Below, in pieces: positions 9,691-18,424 of a DNA stretch of 64,000 nucleotides (positions within the stretch are counted from its first letter, which is position 1; every line of letters begins with the position of its first letter). Position numbers and translations under genes: made by a program. The stretch spans positions 1,674-65,673 of the forward strand of contig CAZPCY010000004.1 in NCBI GenBank assembly GCA_964585295.1, written 5' to 3'. Source of the stretch: an uncultured Candidatus Poseidoniales archaeon. Lineage in GTDB: Archaea; Thermoplasmatota; Poseidoniia; Poseidoniales; Thalassarchaeaceae. A model generated the notes under the pieces. The model did not search any database and was not told where the DNA came from. It saw only the letters and a list, made by a program, of their open reading frames with translations.

Positions 9691-9802
9691 TGGCAGTCGC
9701 TATTACGCCTTATCTTTGACATAACTCCTCGTTCGCTAAAGGTCATGGAGTGTCCGCCGGAGGCACCACATTGATACGCACGCGCACGCGTCCTACGCCT
9801 AG

Positions 9803-11332
9803 GTGCGTCAGATGGTTGTGAAGCGAGGCGGAGGATTACTTGCCGATGGGTTGTCTATGAGAGTCAGGAGATTGCTTCTCACTGCTCTTGCACTGATTAT
9901 ATCGATTCCATCAGTCCGAGCAGATAACCATGATGGAAGTTCATCGAGTGGCGCGCTCGTCCTTATCGGGATATTCGCTTTCGTTCTGCTGATCGTTGCG
10001 ACGATTATCTTCCTCGCGCAGCGCTACCGGCGCTGTCCACCGGACAAGATTCTGGTCGTCTACGGCCGCACGAAGGGCGCTCAGGCATCGAAGTGCATCC
10101 ACGGTGGTGGTGTACTCGTTTGGCCATTGATTCAGGACTACGCATATATCGATTTGAAGCCGATGACAATCAACATCAACCTGACCAACGCCCTTTCGAA
10201 GCAGAACATCAGGATCAATGTCCCATCAACCTTCACCATCGGAGTCAGCGTTGAGTCGAATATCATGACGAACGCGGCCGAGCGGTTGCTCGGCCTGACT
10301 CCTCAACACATCGAAGACATGGCCTCGGAGATTATCTTCGGTCAGCTTCGTCTGACCGTCGCCTCGCTCGACATCGAGCAGATCAATCAGGACCGCGAAT
10401 CATTCGCCGAGCACATCAGGACCAATGTCGACACGGAACTGAGGAAGGTCGGTCTGCACCTGATCAATGTCAACATCACCGACATCGACGACTCTGACAA
10501 CTACATCGAGAACATCGGCAAGAGGGCGATTTACCAGTCCGAGGTCGAGGAGCGGAAGGCGAACCAAGTCACCGAGATTCAGAAGGCTGACGCTGAGATG
10601 GATAGAGACACCAAAGTCGCAGCCGCGCAGGCAGAGAAGGAGAAGGGTGTGAAGGACGCCGAGCGAGACCAGCGTGTTTACATCGCTCAGCAGGAAGCAA
10701 TCTCGGTTCGAGGTGAGAACGAAGCGCGTGCCGACATCGCAGGTTCAAATGCCGACCTAGCGGAGCAGGAGGCAATCGCCCACGAGAGATCCGAAGTTGC
10801 TAGAAGGGCGGCCGAAGCGAAGATTCAGGAAGCGCAGTACGACGCCGAGGAGAAGAGGCTTCGAGCAGACGAGATTGTCAAGGAGCAGATCACCAAGGAG
10901 CAAATTCAGATTGCGGCCGATGCAGAGGCAGAGAGGCAACGCCGCATAGCTAGAGGTGAGGCCGATGCGATTCTCGCTCGCTACGAGGCGGAGGCCACGG
11001 GTCTTCGACAGGTTCTGGAGGCCAAGGCGCAAGGATACCAGCAACTGGTCCAAGCCGCTGCCGGCGATCCGAGAGCCGCTTCGACTCTCCTAATGGTTGA
11101 GAAGATCGAGACCATGGTTCAGGCTCAGGTCGAGGCGATCAAGAACCTGCAGATCGACAAGATAACCGTATGGGACAGTGGCGGCGAGGGAGATGGTTCG
11201 TCCACCTCAAACTTCGTCTCAAGTCTGGTGAAGAGCCTGCCTCCGATGCACGATGTGGCCTCGATGGCGGGAGTCGAGCTGCCCGATTACCTAGGCAGCA
11301 TGACTGAATCCTCTGGATCGGAAGCGCAGTGA
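9803..11332 (+). CDS. Flotillin / SPFH (band 7) domain protein.
   Basis: It has N-terminal hydrophobic helices. The SPFH core is KILVVYGRTKG...GGGVLVWPLIQDYAYIDLKPMTININL...IRINVPSTFTIGVS. It is followed by a long Ala/Glu-rich coiled coil (EAERQRRIARGEADAILARYEAEA) and a flotillin C-terminus. A GGTG Shine-Dalgarno sequence lies 7 nt upstream. Confidence 0.75.
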   Translation: MRQMVVKRGGGLLADGLSMRVRRLLLTALALIISIPSVRADNHDGSSSSGALVLIGIFAFVLLIVATIIFLAQRYRRCPPDKILVVYGRTKGAQASKCIHGGGVLVWPLIQDYAYIDLKPMTININLTNALSKQNIRINVPSTFTIGVSVESNIMTNAAERLLGLTPQHIEDMASEIIFGQLRLTVASLDIEQINQDRESFAEHIRTNVDTELRKVGLHLINVNITDIDDSDNYIENIGKRAIYQSEVEERKANQVTEIQKADAEMDRDTKVAAAQAEKEKGVKDAERDQRVYIAQQEAISVRGENEARADIAGSNADLAEQEAIAHERSEVARRAAEAKIQEAQYDAEEKRLRADEIVKEQITKEQIQIAADAEAERQRRIARGEADAILARYEAEATGLRQVLEAKAQGYQQLVQAAAGDPRAASTLLMVEKIETMVQAQVEAIKNLQIDKITVWDSGGEGDGSSTSNFVSSLVKSLPPMHDVASMAGVELPDYLGSMTESSGSEAQ

Positions 11333-11380
11333 AAGAAACGCTGCGATTGACTGAATAACTCCTGGCTGGAACGGTCGTCC

Positions 11381-12628
11381 ATGAGTGGTGGGACAGAGGT
11401 CGTCCTGTGCGGCGGCCGGCGCACCCCATTCTGCGAATGGTCGGGTGGAAAGCGGGGCGATGGGGGGCCGGGTGGCCGATTAGCCGAGGTCTCAGCGGAG
11501 GACCTAGGAGCCACCGCGATTGCGGGTGCTCTCCATGCCACAGGGACCGATCCGTCGACTGTCGATCATGTCGTGATGGGACTCGCTTTGCAGACCAGCG
11601 GTCAAGCGATATTCGGAGCGAGACACGCCGGTCTCAAGGCGGGGATCCCGCAGGAGGTGCCGATGCTCACCCTCTCCCGCATTTGCGGGAGTGGCGCTCA
11701 ATCGATAGTCACCGGATCTCAGATGATTATGCTAGGCGAAGCCGACATCGTCGTCGCTGGCGGCATGGAGAATCTGTCACAGGCGCCGCACGTACTTCGA
11801 GGCATGCGTGGAGAGTATCGGTTGGGTGCTCCGCCTAAGGAAGGAGAGGTTCTCGCCAAGGACATGGAAGACTACCTCTTTACCAATCTCGTCGATGGGA
11901 TGTGTGGATCCTTCATGGCCCAGACCTCAGATGAGCTCTGTCGTAGATTGGGGGTTACTAGGGAGGAAGCAGACGCCTTCGCTGCAAGAAGTCACCAAAG
12001 ATGCGCTGATAGCATCGCATCCGGACGATGGGCGGATGAGATCGTCAATGTCGAGACGCCATCGGGGATGGTCACTGCCGAGCATGATGACCATGTGGTT
12101 CCGGGCACCACCAAGGATTCTCTGGCCAATCTAAGGACTCACTTCGGACCCGATTCCCTCGTAACAGCAGGTAATGCCTCCGGAGTAGTAGATGGCGCCG
12201 CGGCGGTGGTTCTGAAGTCCGAAGCGAAGGCTCAGATGGATGGAGATTCACCCCTCGCACGCATCCGGTCGTGGGGTGTAGTAGGGCTGGAACCAGCAAT
12301 CATGGCCCATGGACCAGTCCCCAGCAGCCGTCTGGCCTTGGAGCGCGCAGGCCTAACAGTTGATGACATTGATCTCTGGGAGATTAACGAAGCATTCGCG
12401 GGTCAGGCGGTCGCCTGCGTCAAGGATCTAGGGGTCGATATCGACCGAGTCAATGTGAACGGCGGTGCGGTAGGTCTCGGGCATCCCCTAGCAGCGACCG
12501 GGACTCGTCTCGTCTTGACTCTCGCCAACGAACTGACCTCCTCCGGTGGTCGGCTTGGTATCGCCACCGCCTGTATCGGCGGCGGTCAAGGCATAGCGAT
12601 TGTGATCGAATCCCTAGCGGAGGCGTGA
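11381..12628 (+). CDS. Acetyl-CoA C-acetyltransferase (thiolase).
   Basis: Motifs LSRICGSGAQSI (active-site Cys) and NVNGGAVGLGHPLAATGTRL, and a C-terminal CIGGGQGIAIVIE, match the thiolase family. Confidence 0.8.
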   Translation: MSGGTEVVLCGGRRTPFCEWSGGKRGDGGPGGRLAEVSAEDLGATAIAGALHATGTDPSTVDHVVMGLALQTSGQAIFGARHAGLKAGIPQEVPMLTLSRICGSGAQSIVTGSQMIMLGEADIVVAGGMENLSQAPHVLRGMRGEYRLGAPPKEGEVLAKDMEDYLFTNLVDGMCGSFMAQTSDELCRRLGVTREEADAFAARSHQRCADSIASGRWADEIVNVETPSGMVTAEHDDHVVPGTTKDSLANLRTHFGPDSLVTAGNASGVVDGAAAVVLKSEAKAQMDGDSPLARIRSWGVVGLEPAIMAHGPVPSSRLALERAGLTVDDIDLWEINEAFAGQAVACVKDLGVDIDRVNVNGGAVGLGHPLAATGTRLVLTLANELTSSGGRLGIATACIGGGQGIAIVIESLAEA

Positions 12629-12631
12629 TAG

Positions 12632-13453
12632 TTGTCATTCGGCATCTTCCTGGTCCTGCTACTTCTGCTTCTAATCATCGTGTTGTTCAGCCCATTGGGG
12701 CTCGGTGGAGGACTGCTCTTCATGCCGGTCCTGCACTACCTCGGAGGATTTCCTCTCGAAACTTCGATTCTCGGTTCACTATGTTTGGTCTTCTGCGTCG
12801 CCTCTGGCAGCGGCTTCGCTCATCGCAGGCAGTGCTTGACGGATGGCTCATTGGTGCGGCGTGCCGTCCTGACGGCCATTCCATGTGGGATTCTCGGTGC
12901 TCTGACATCGATCTGGCTAGTCGAGACGTCAAATGGAGGGGTGTTGAAGGCATTCGCGTTCTGCCTGACCTTCTGGGTCCTAGTGACAACCATAAGTCGA
13001 GAGCGAGGGTCTGAATCCTCAGGATACATTGGATTGGAGAGCCTGCAACATCCCAAGGCCTACTCCTGCGGTGTTGGGCTCGGTGGCTTCTCCTCAGGTC
13101 TGATGGGGGTCGGCGGCGGAGCGATCTATGTAACGATGAATCGTAGAATCGCCGGATTGGGCGTACGGGAATCGGCTGGCACATCGTTCCTGACTGCCAT
13201 TTGGGTTCAGCCGATAGCTTTCTCCACCCACATTCTCGCTGGTGACTGGAGCGGTCCCTCCTCCGAACCAATCCTCATCGCATCGATCGCAATGTTCCTG
13301 ATGGCATCTTTCACCGTCGCCTACATCGGTGCCCGCTTCTCGTTTCGCCATCTACCTGTGAAGGCGATTACCTCAATCTTCATCTTCATTCTGTCCGTCA
13401 GCCTGCTACGCTATGCTGCGGACTTTGTCAGTGTGACTTCCAGCCTGATATGA
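12632..13453 (+). CDS. TSUP / TauE-SafE family membrane transporter (DUF81).
   Basis: It has about 8 TM helices and a Gly-rich GLGGGLLFMP...GVGGGAIYV internal repeat, which is characteristic of the TauE/SafE family. Confidence 0.65.
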   Translation: MSFGIFLVLLLLLLIIVLFSPLGLGGGLLFMPVLHYLGGFPLETSILGSLCLVFCVASGSGFAHRRQCLTDGSLVRRAVLTAIPCGILGALTSIWLVETSNGGVLKAFAFCLTFWVLVTTISRERGSESSGYIGLESLQHPKAYSCGVGLGGFSSGLMGVGGGAIYVTMNRRIAGLGVRESAGTSFLTAIWVQPIAFSTHILAGDWSGPSSEPILIASIAMFLMASFTVAYIGARFSFRHLPVKAITSIFIFILSVSLLRYAADFVSVTSSLI

Positions 13454-13564
13454 TCCGCCATTGATTAGCCGGTCCTTTGGTATGCCCGCCTCATGATTGT
13501 CGGACCAACGCTCCGATTCAGAACCGTTCATAGATTCACGGACATCCTAGCAATTCGTGCTTAG

Positions 13565-14722
13565 TCATCCGAGAATCCCAGTGACTATCCAAGAGCCGGC
13601 GATGATGGCTCCAGCAGATGATCCAAGATTCCCTGCAACCGTGACCAGCAAGACTCGACCGACCCGATTCGACCAGAACAGACCAATCCGGTCTAACATC
13701 AGAAAATCGGTTAGATCCCTCCCCGTGGGGGCATCGAAGCGCAATTGAGCCGCTCCCGCGAACCAGCCAGCCGCCAAGGTAGGATTCAATGACGTGATCG
13801 GAGATGCCACCGCAGCGGTCAGCACCGATAGCGGGTGGCCACGGACGAGAAGAACCGCCAATGCGGCGAGGACGGAGTTGAGAAGGAGCCAATCGATCGC
13901 TGTCGATCTGAGTGACCCCCATTCTCCTCTGTATGCTAGCAGTGCCACAACTGCAATCATCGCGGCTGGTATCGCCCACGGCGCCAATCTGCGGGTCATG
14001 GTCGGCTGCGGGAGTTGTAAGAGTTCACTGGCGCGATTGTCACTCATTTGGTCGCCGCTCCGCAATCTCGATGCGACACCCTCCAGATGGCCGGCTCCAA
14101 CGACCGCCAGCACCCTCCCTTCCCCTCGCAGTTCGGCAATTCTGCCAGCGATGTGCTCGTCTCTTTCGTCGATTAGCACCGAACCGGCTCCTGGAGCGAG
14201 ATCGCGCAACTCGTCCAACATTTGAGAGAGCAGGTCGCGATCCTCGACGAGCAGGTCGACATCGACTTCCTCATCCTCCTCCGGAGCGAGAAGAGACATC
14301 AGCACCCTGATGCGCTCTCGAATTCTCATCTTCGACCAAGCTCTTCGAAGGGTTACCTGAATGTCTCGATCGACCAGTTCTACCTCGGCATCGATGCGCT
14401 CAGCGGCTTCGATTGCTGCGAGGAGCTCCACTCCAGGCTTCTCGCCAGATTCCAGTCCAAGTCGTCGTTGCTCGGTCGCAAGGAACGACTGGAACAGTAG
14501 GAGCGGGGCTCTACCCGATCGTATCACAGATCCTAGGGTCTCGTTGTCGAATCGCTCTGGCTCACGCAGGGAGGCTAGTCTCGAAGGACATAACTCGACA
14601 GCAACCACTCCCGGCTGCCATTCCTCGATAGTGGATGCTACTAGGTCGGCTGAGGACCTAGAGATGTGTGCGGTACCAATCAAACGCAGCGAATCATCGA
14701 TCTCGATTACAGCGTCACTCAA
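13565..14722 (-). CDS. TraB/PrgY/GumN family protein. It has an N-terminal TraB domain and C-terminal TM helices.
   Basis: The N-terminus LRLIGTAHISRSSADLVASTIEEWQPGVVAVELCPSRL matches the TraB family. It has a hydrophobic C-terminal third. It overlaps the folP stop by 4 nt. Confidence 0.65.
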   Translation of the reverse strand: MSDAVIEIDDSLRLIGTAHISRSSADLVASTIEEWQPGVVAVELCPSRLASLREPERFDNETLGSVIRSGRAPLLLFQSFLATEQRRLGLESGEKPGVELLAAIEAAERIDAEVELVDRDIQVTLRRAWSKMRIRERIRVLMSLLAPEEDEEVDVDLLVEDRDLLSQMLDELRDLAPGAGSVLIDERDEHIAGRIAELRGEGRVLAVVGAGHLEGVASRLRSGDQMSDNRASELLQLPQPTMTRRLAPWAIPAAMIAVVALLAYRGEWGSLRSTAIDWLLLNSVLAALAVLLVRGHPLSVLTAAVASPITSLNPTLAAGWFAGAAQLRFDAPTGRDLTDFLMLDRIGLFWSNRVGRVLLVTVAGNLGSSAGAIIAGSWIVTGILG

Positions 14723-15567
14723 CGCCCCCCCTCCAATCTAGCGAGCACCGTTCCCATATCGGCGTGGGCAGCCACATCGTGCACCCTCAGGATGTCGACA
14801 CCCAAGGCCTGAGCTTCAGCTGCCACCCCGAGCGTACCTGAAAGTCGGCCATCACTCGCCTTATGTCCCAGAAGATCCCTGAACATTGATTTCCGGCTGA
14901 CTCCCCAGAGTACCGCGAATCCCTCGTCTCCTGCCAATCTAGACCTTGCATCTGGTGTGAGCAGTTTCAGGTTGTGCTCCAAGGTCTTGCCGAATCCGAT
15001 GCCTGGATCGAGACATATCGAATCTTTCGGATGTCCTTGATCGACGAGTGATCTCGCCATTTCCAGAAGTTGGAAGGACACCTCCTCGATGACATCGGCG
15101 TATTCTGGAGACTGCTGCATCTTAGCCGGCTCACCTTGCATATGCATGATGCAGACTCCGCATCCTTGCTCAAGGACGAGATCGCGCATCGCGGGATCCC
15201 TCAACCCTGACACATCGTTGACAAGGTCCGCTCCAGCTTCTAGAGCAGCTTCGGCGACCACGGCTCTTCGGGTGTCGATTGATATCGCCGCATCCGGGTT
15301 GAGGTTACGGATTCCAGAGATGACCGGGACGACCCGTTGCAGTTCCTCTTCTGGATCGACCGGCGAAGCTCCTGGTCTAGTGGATTCACCTCCGACATCG
15401 ATCCAGTCGGCCCCCTCATCAAGCATCTCTCCAGCGCGCTCGATTGCGGCTTGAACTTGGGTGTATCTTGAGCTGGGATGGAATGAGTCCGGGGTGACGT
15501 TCAGAACTCCCATCAGGCGCGGTCTTCCATCGGTGTGGCGATGGAGATAGAGTCGTGACTCGCGCAT
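14719..15567 (-). CDS. folP: Dihydropteroate synthase.
   Basis: Motifs LMGVLNVTPDSF, DVGGESTRPG and a pterin-binding barrel match DHPS. The real start may be the internal Met of LMGVLNV. Confidence 0.75.
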   Translation of the reverse strand: MRESRLYLHRHTDGRPRLMGVLNVTPDSFHPSSRYTQVQAAIERAGEMLDEGADWIDVGGESTRPGASPVDPEEELQRVVPVISGIRNLNPDAAISIDTRRAVVAEAALEAGADLVNDVSGLRDPAMRDLVLEQGCGVCIMHMQGEPAKMQQSPEYADVIEEVSFQLLEMARSLVDQGHPKDSICLDPGIGFGKTLEHNLKLLTPDARSRLAGDEGFAVLWGVSRKSMFRDLLGHKASDGRLSGTLGVAAEAQALGVDILRVHDVAAHADMGTVLARLEGGR

Positions 15568-15623
15568 GTTGAGGTGCGGACGCTACGATTGCTTTATGAT
15601 GTGACCGAGAACCGTTCCGGCGG

Positions 15624-16289
15624 ATGAGCGAAGCGGCCGGAGGAACCTCTCATACGGCCTCCAGCGCAACTCCGGATGGTGATGGGGTGGCACGGCTGAG
15701 CGTCTCGGACGAGGCAGCGGCACTGCCATCCGAGGATCTCTTGGTGCTAGCCGACTCGATCATCCAGAGGCTTGAGCCCTCCGATCGACACGATATGCAA
15801 CAGATGACCGTCCGTTTCGGTCTAGCTTCTGGAATCTTGATGATGGTAGTCGCTCTCTTCTGGTGGCTGGCCGTGAAGACAGTAGGCGACGCTTGGGGGG
15901 ATGTCAGCACCCCCGCCTCCGTCGTTCTTGATCTGACCTTCGCTCAGGTATCCTGGATAGTCCCGCTACTCGTCTTCCTCGCTACAGTAGTGTACTCCTT
16001 AGCTCGAGAGAGGGGCGGTCCAGTGATGGCATTTCTAGGAGGGCTGCTCTATGTCCTAGCGGTTTATCTGGCGGTCGAACCGATTGGATTCATGATGTTC
16101 GATCCATCGACGGGAACCACACTCTCGACCGCCTTCCTCCAGACCATTCGACTGGCAGCTCTTGGAGTGATGGTCCATTACAGCGCCCGGTTCTTCCTCG
16201 ATGCGGTACTGCTGGCTTGGGTTCGGAACCTCTTGACGAACTTCCCCGTAGACCTCCATCCTCCAGAGGAGTCTGAATCAACCCCTTGA
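15624..16289 (+). CDS. Hypothetical membrane protein (4-5 TM helices).
   Basis: It has hydrophobic helices after an N-terminal acidic region. No family could be assigned. Confidence 0.35.
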   Translation: MSEAAGGTSHTASSATPDGDGVARLSVSDEAAALPSEDLLVLADSIIQRLEPSDRHDMQQMTVRFGLASGILMMVVALFWWLAVKTVGDAWGDVSTPASVVLDLTFAQVSWIVPLLVFLATVVYSLARERGGPVMAFLGGLLYVLAVYLAVEPIGFMMFDPSTGTTLSTAFLQTIRLAALGVMVHYSARFFLDAVLLAWVRNLLTNFPVDLHPPEESESTP

Positions 16290-16352
16290 TGGCGAACCAT
16301 CTACTTCGCGAAGGTTCGGACATCCTGAAGAGGTGAACCACGTCGCCGAAGC

Positions 16353-16928
16353 GTGTCCGAAGGTCCGGCCCGTTCTGTTCCTGTGACTGTGCTGAGGCTT
16401 GAGCATCGCAGGGACCGAGACAAGCGGATTACAAGCCATCTCGGCCTCGTCGCAAGAGCATTCGGCGCTGATCGCTTCCTGCTCGCCGGGGACGTCGACG
16501 ACGGAGTCATTTCCACTCTCGATGAGGTCACGAGCAGATTCGGGGGGCCGTTCGAAGCGAGGTTCGAAGAGAGCCCGAACGGTTGGCTCAGGAGATTCTG
16601 CGAGCGAGACGCAGGTGATGGGTCTCCCGGCGTAGCCATCCATTTGACCATGTATGGTGAACCTCACACAGAAGCGATACCGACGATTAGAAGAGACCGT
16701 CCCATAGCATTGGTGGTCGGAGGGGCGAAGGTTCCTGGCAAGGTGTATGGGATCTGTCAGCACAATGTATCGATTGGTACTCAGCCGCACTCGGAAGTCG
16801 CTGCTTTGGCGCTGTTCCTCGACACGTGGTTTGGTTCGGTCGCCATCGATTCCCGCTTCGCGAACGGGAGCATTCGCGTCGTCCCCAGTCGGTCTGGCAA
16901 GATAGTCGAATCACGCGAAGACCCATGA
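16353..16928 (+). CDS. trm56: tRNA (cytidine56-2'-O)-methyltransferase (aTrm56, SPOUT fold).
   Basis: Motifs VTVLRLEHRRDRDKRITSHLGLVARAFGAD..., IALVVGGAKVPGKVY and ICQHNVSIGTQPHSEVAALALFLD match archaeal Trm56. Confidence 0.75.
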   Translation: MSEGPARSVPVTVLRLEHRRDRDKRITSHLGLVARAFGADRFLLAGDVDDGVISTLDEVTSRFGGPFEARFEESPNGWLRRFCERDAGDGSPGVAIHLTMYGEPHTEAIPTIRRDRPIALVVGGAKVPGKVYGICQHNVSIGTQPHSEVAALALFLDTWFGSVAIDSRFANGSIRVVPSRSGKIVESREDP

Positions 16929-17035
16929 ATCGACTTCATCCAATCCATTACGCTACGATAGGTCGTCGGCGCACGGCTCCGTAGGAGCCGGAACCTTCGC
17001 CAACGATTAAGGACGAATCATCGGCACGATGCGCG

Positions 17036-18424
17036 ATGTCGGAGGAAGGAGCGCCCATGGGCTTCGTTCCCGCCGCAGGTCAGCGGGGTGTCGAGGATCC
17101 CTATAGGGGCCGCGATGCTGCCGATGTCCTCGTTGGAGGGTCCGATGATTGGTCAGCGTCTGCCAAGGGTCGAGGAGTGCTGCTGCTCGCCGACGGTGGT
17201 CGTTACGAGGGAGAGTTGTTCGGAGCCGCTGTCGAGGCCGAGGGGGAACTCGTTTTCACCACCGGAATGACGGGGTTCCAGGAGAGTTTGACCGATCCTT
17301 CCTTCGCCGGGCAGGTACTCACTTTCACCTGGCCCCTTCTGGGCAACTACGGAGTTCTTCCTGGTTGCTCCGAATCCGCAGGGGTTTGGCCTCGCGCTGT
17401 CATCTGCCGAGAGGCGATGTCGATTCCAGACCACCGCGACGCCGTAGGGTCACTCGACGACCTGCTCAGGGCACATGGCGTTCCGGGATTGCAGGCAGTC
17501 GACACTCGATCCATCACTCGCCGTGTCCGAGAGCACGGTACTCTGTTGTGCGTCGTTGGACCGATAGAGAAGGAGGGCGAGTTGAGGGAGAGATTGGGAT
17601 CAATGCGCCCCCCGGATGATTCTGACCTAGTCGCAGAGGTGACCCGGGAGGGCATCGTCACTGTGAACCGAGGGGCGATAGGGGATGACGGCGAACCGCT
17701 ACCTAGGCTCGCCGTGCTCGATTGTGGAATCAAATTCAACATCCTCAGGGAACTCTGCAGGCGATTCGAAGTGACCTGGTGTCCGGCGACCTCCACCTTT
17801 GAGGAGATCGCGATTGCCTGTGATCCAGAGGCTTTCTTCTGTTCAAATGGCCCCGGTGATCCAGCTCATCCCGGAGCTGCGAGCACTGCCCGTGCGACCT
17901 TGGCCACCGCGGTTAGTTCGGGTATGCCGACGATGGGGATATGTCTAGGGCACCAATTGATGGGGCTCGCATCCGGCCTTCGAACCTACAAGCTGCTCTA
18001 TGGACACCGGGGCGCCAACCAGCCGGTGGTAGATCTTCTGACCGGGAAGGTAAGCATAACCTCCCAGAACCACGGATTCGCGGTCGAGGATCCAAGTCTG
18101 GGCATGCTCGCTCCGCACCCCACCGGTGCTTGCTCCAACGCCGTTGAGAACTCCTTGGGAGCTCAGGTCCAAGTCAGGTTCGTAAACGCTAACGACAGAA
18201 CTGTCGAGGGGCTCGATGTCGTAGGTCGGCCATCTTTCACGGTTCAGTTCCATCCGGAGGCATGCCCTGGTCCACACGACGCGAACCCACTATTCGACAG
18301 ATTCTCAGAGATGGTGGCCGACACTTTGGGTCGCTCCAAGCCATCCGCGATGGAGCCGGTAGCGACTCCCGAATCAATCTCTGAAATGCCGATGGCAGGA
18401 CACGGTTTCGGAGGTGGTAGGTGA
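17036..18424 (+). CDS. carA: Carbamoyl-phosphate synthase small (glutaminase) subunit.
   Basis: The N-terminal CarA domain has TGMTGFQESLTDPSFAGQVL. The class I GATase has GICLGHQL. The stop overlaps the carB start (ATGA). The N-terminal ~45 aa of the ORF may be over-extended. Confidence 0.85.
   Translation: MSEEGAPMGFVPAAGQRGVEDPYRGRDAADVLVGGSDDWSASAKGRGVLLLADGGRYEGELFGAAVEAEGELVFTTGMTGFQESLTDPSFAGQVLTFTWPLLGNYGVLPGCSESAGVWPRAVICREAMSIPDHRDAVGSLDDLLRAHGVPGLQAVDTRSITRRVREHGTLLCVVGPIEKEGELRERLGSMRPPDDSDLVAEVTREGIVTVNRGAIGDDGEPLPRLAVLDCGIKFNILRELCRRFEVTWCPATSTFEEIAIACDPEAFFCSNGPGDPAHPGAASTARATLATAVSSGMPTMGICLGHQLMGLASGLRTYKLLYGHRGANQPVVDLLTGKVSITSQNHGFAVEDPSLGMLAPHPTGACSNAVENSLGAQVQVRFVNANDRTVEGLDVVGRPSFTVQFHPEACPGPHDANPLFDRFSEMVADTLGRSKPSAMEPVATPESISEMPMAGHGFGGGR

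Noticed and set aside
12720-13271. A 183-aa minus-strand ORF.
   Set aside because: It is antisense to the TauE/SafE transporter gene, and it is Arg-rich with low complexity.
13794-14310. Plus-strand ORFs of 143 and 132 aa.
   Set aside because: They are antisense to the TraB family gene.
17036-17170. A possible separate small gene or leader at the carA N-terminus (a ~45-aa extension before the conserved CarA start).
   Set aside because: There is no internal ATG and the frame is continuous. It is more likely an over-extended start call or a genuine short N-terminal extension than a separate feature. It cannot be resolved from sequence alone.
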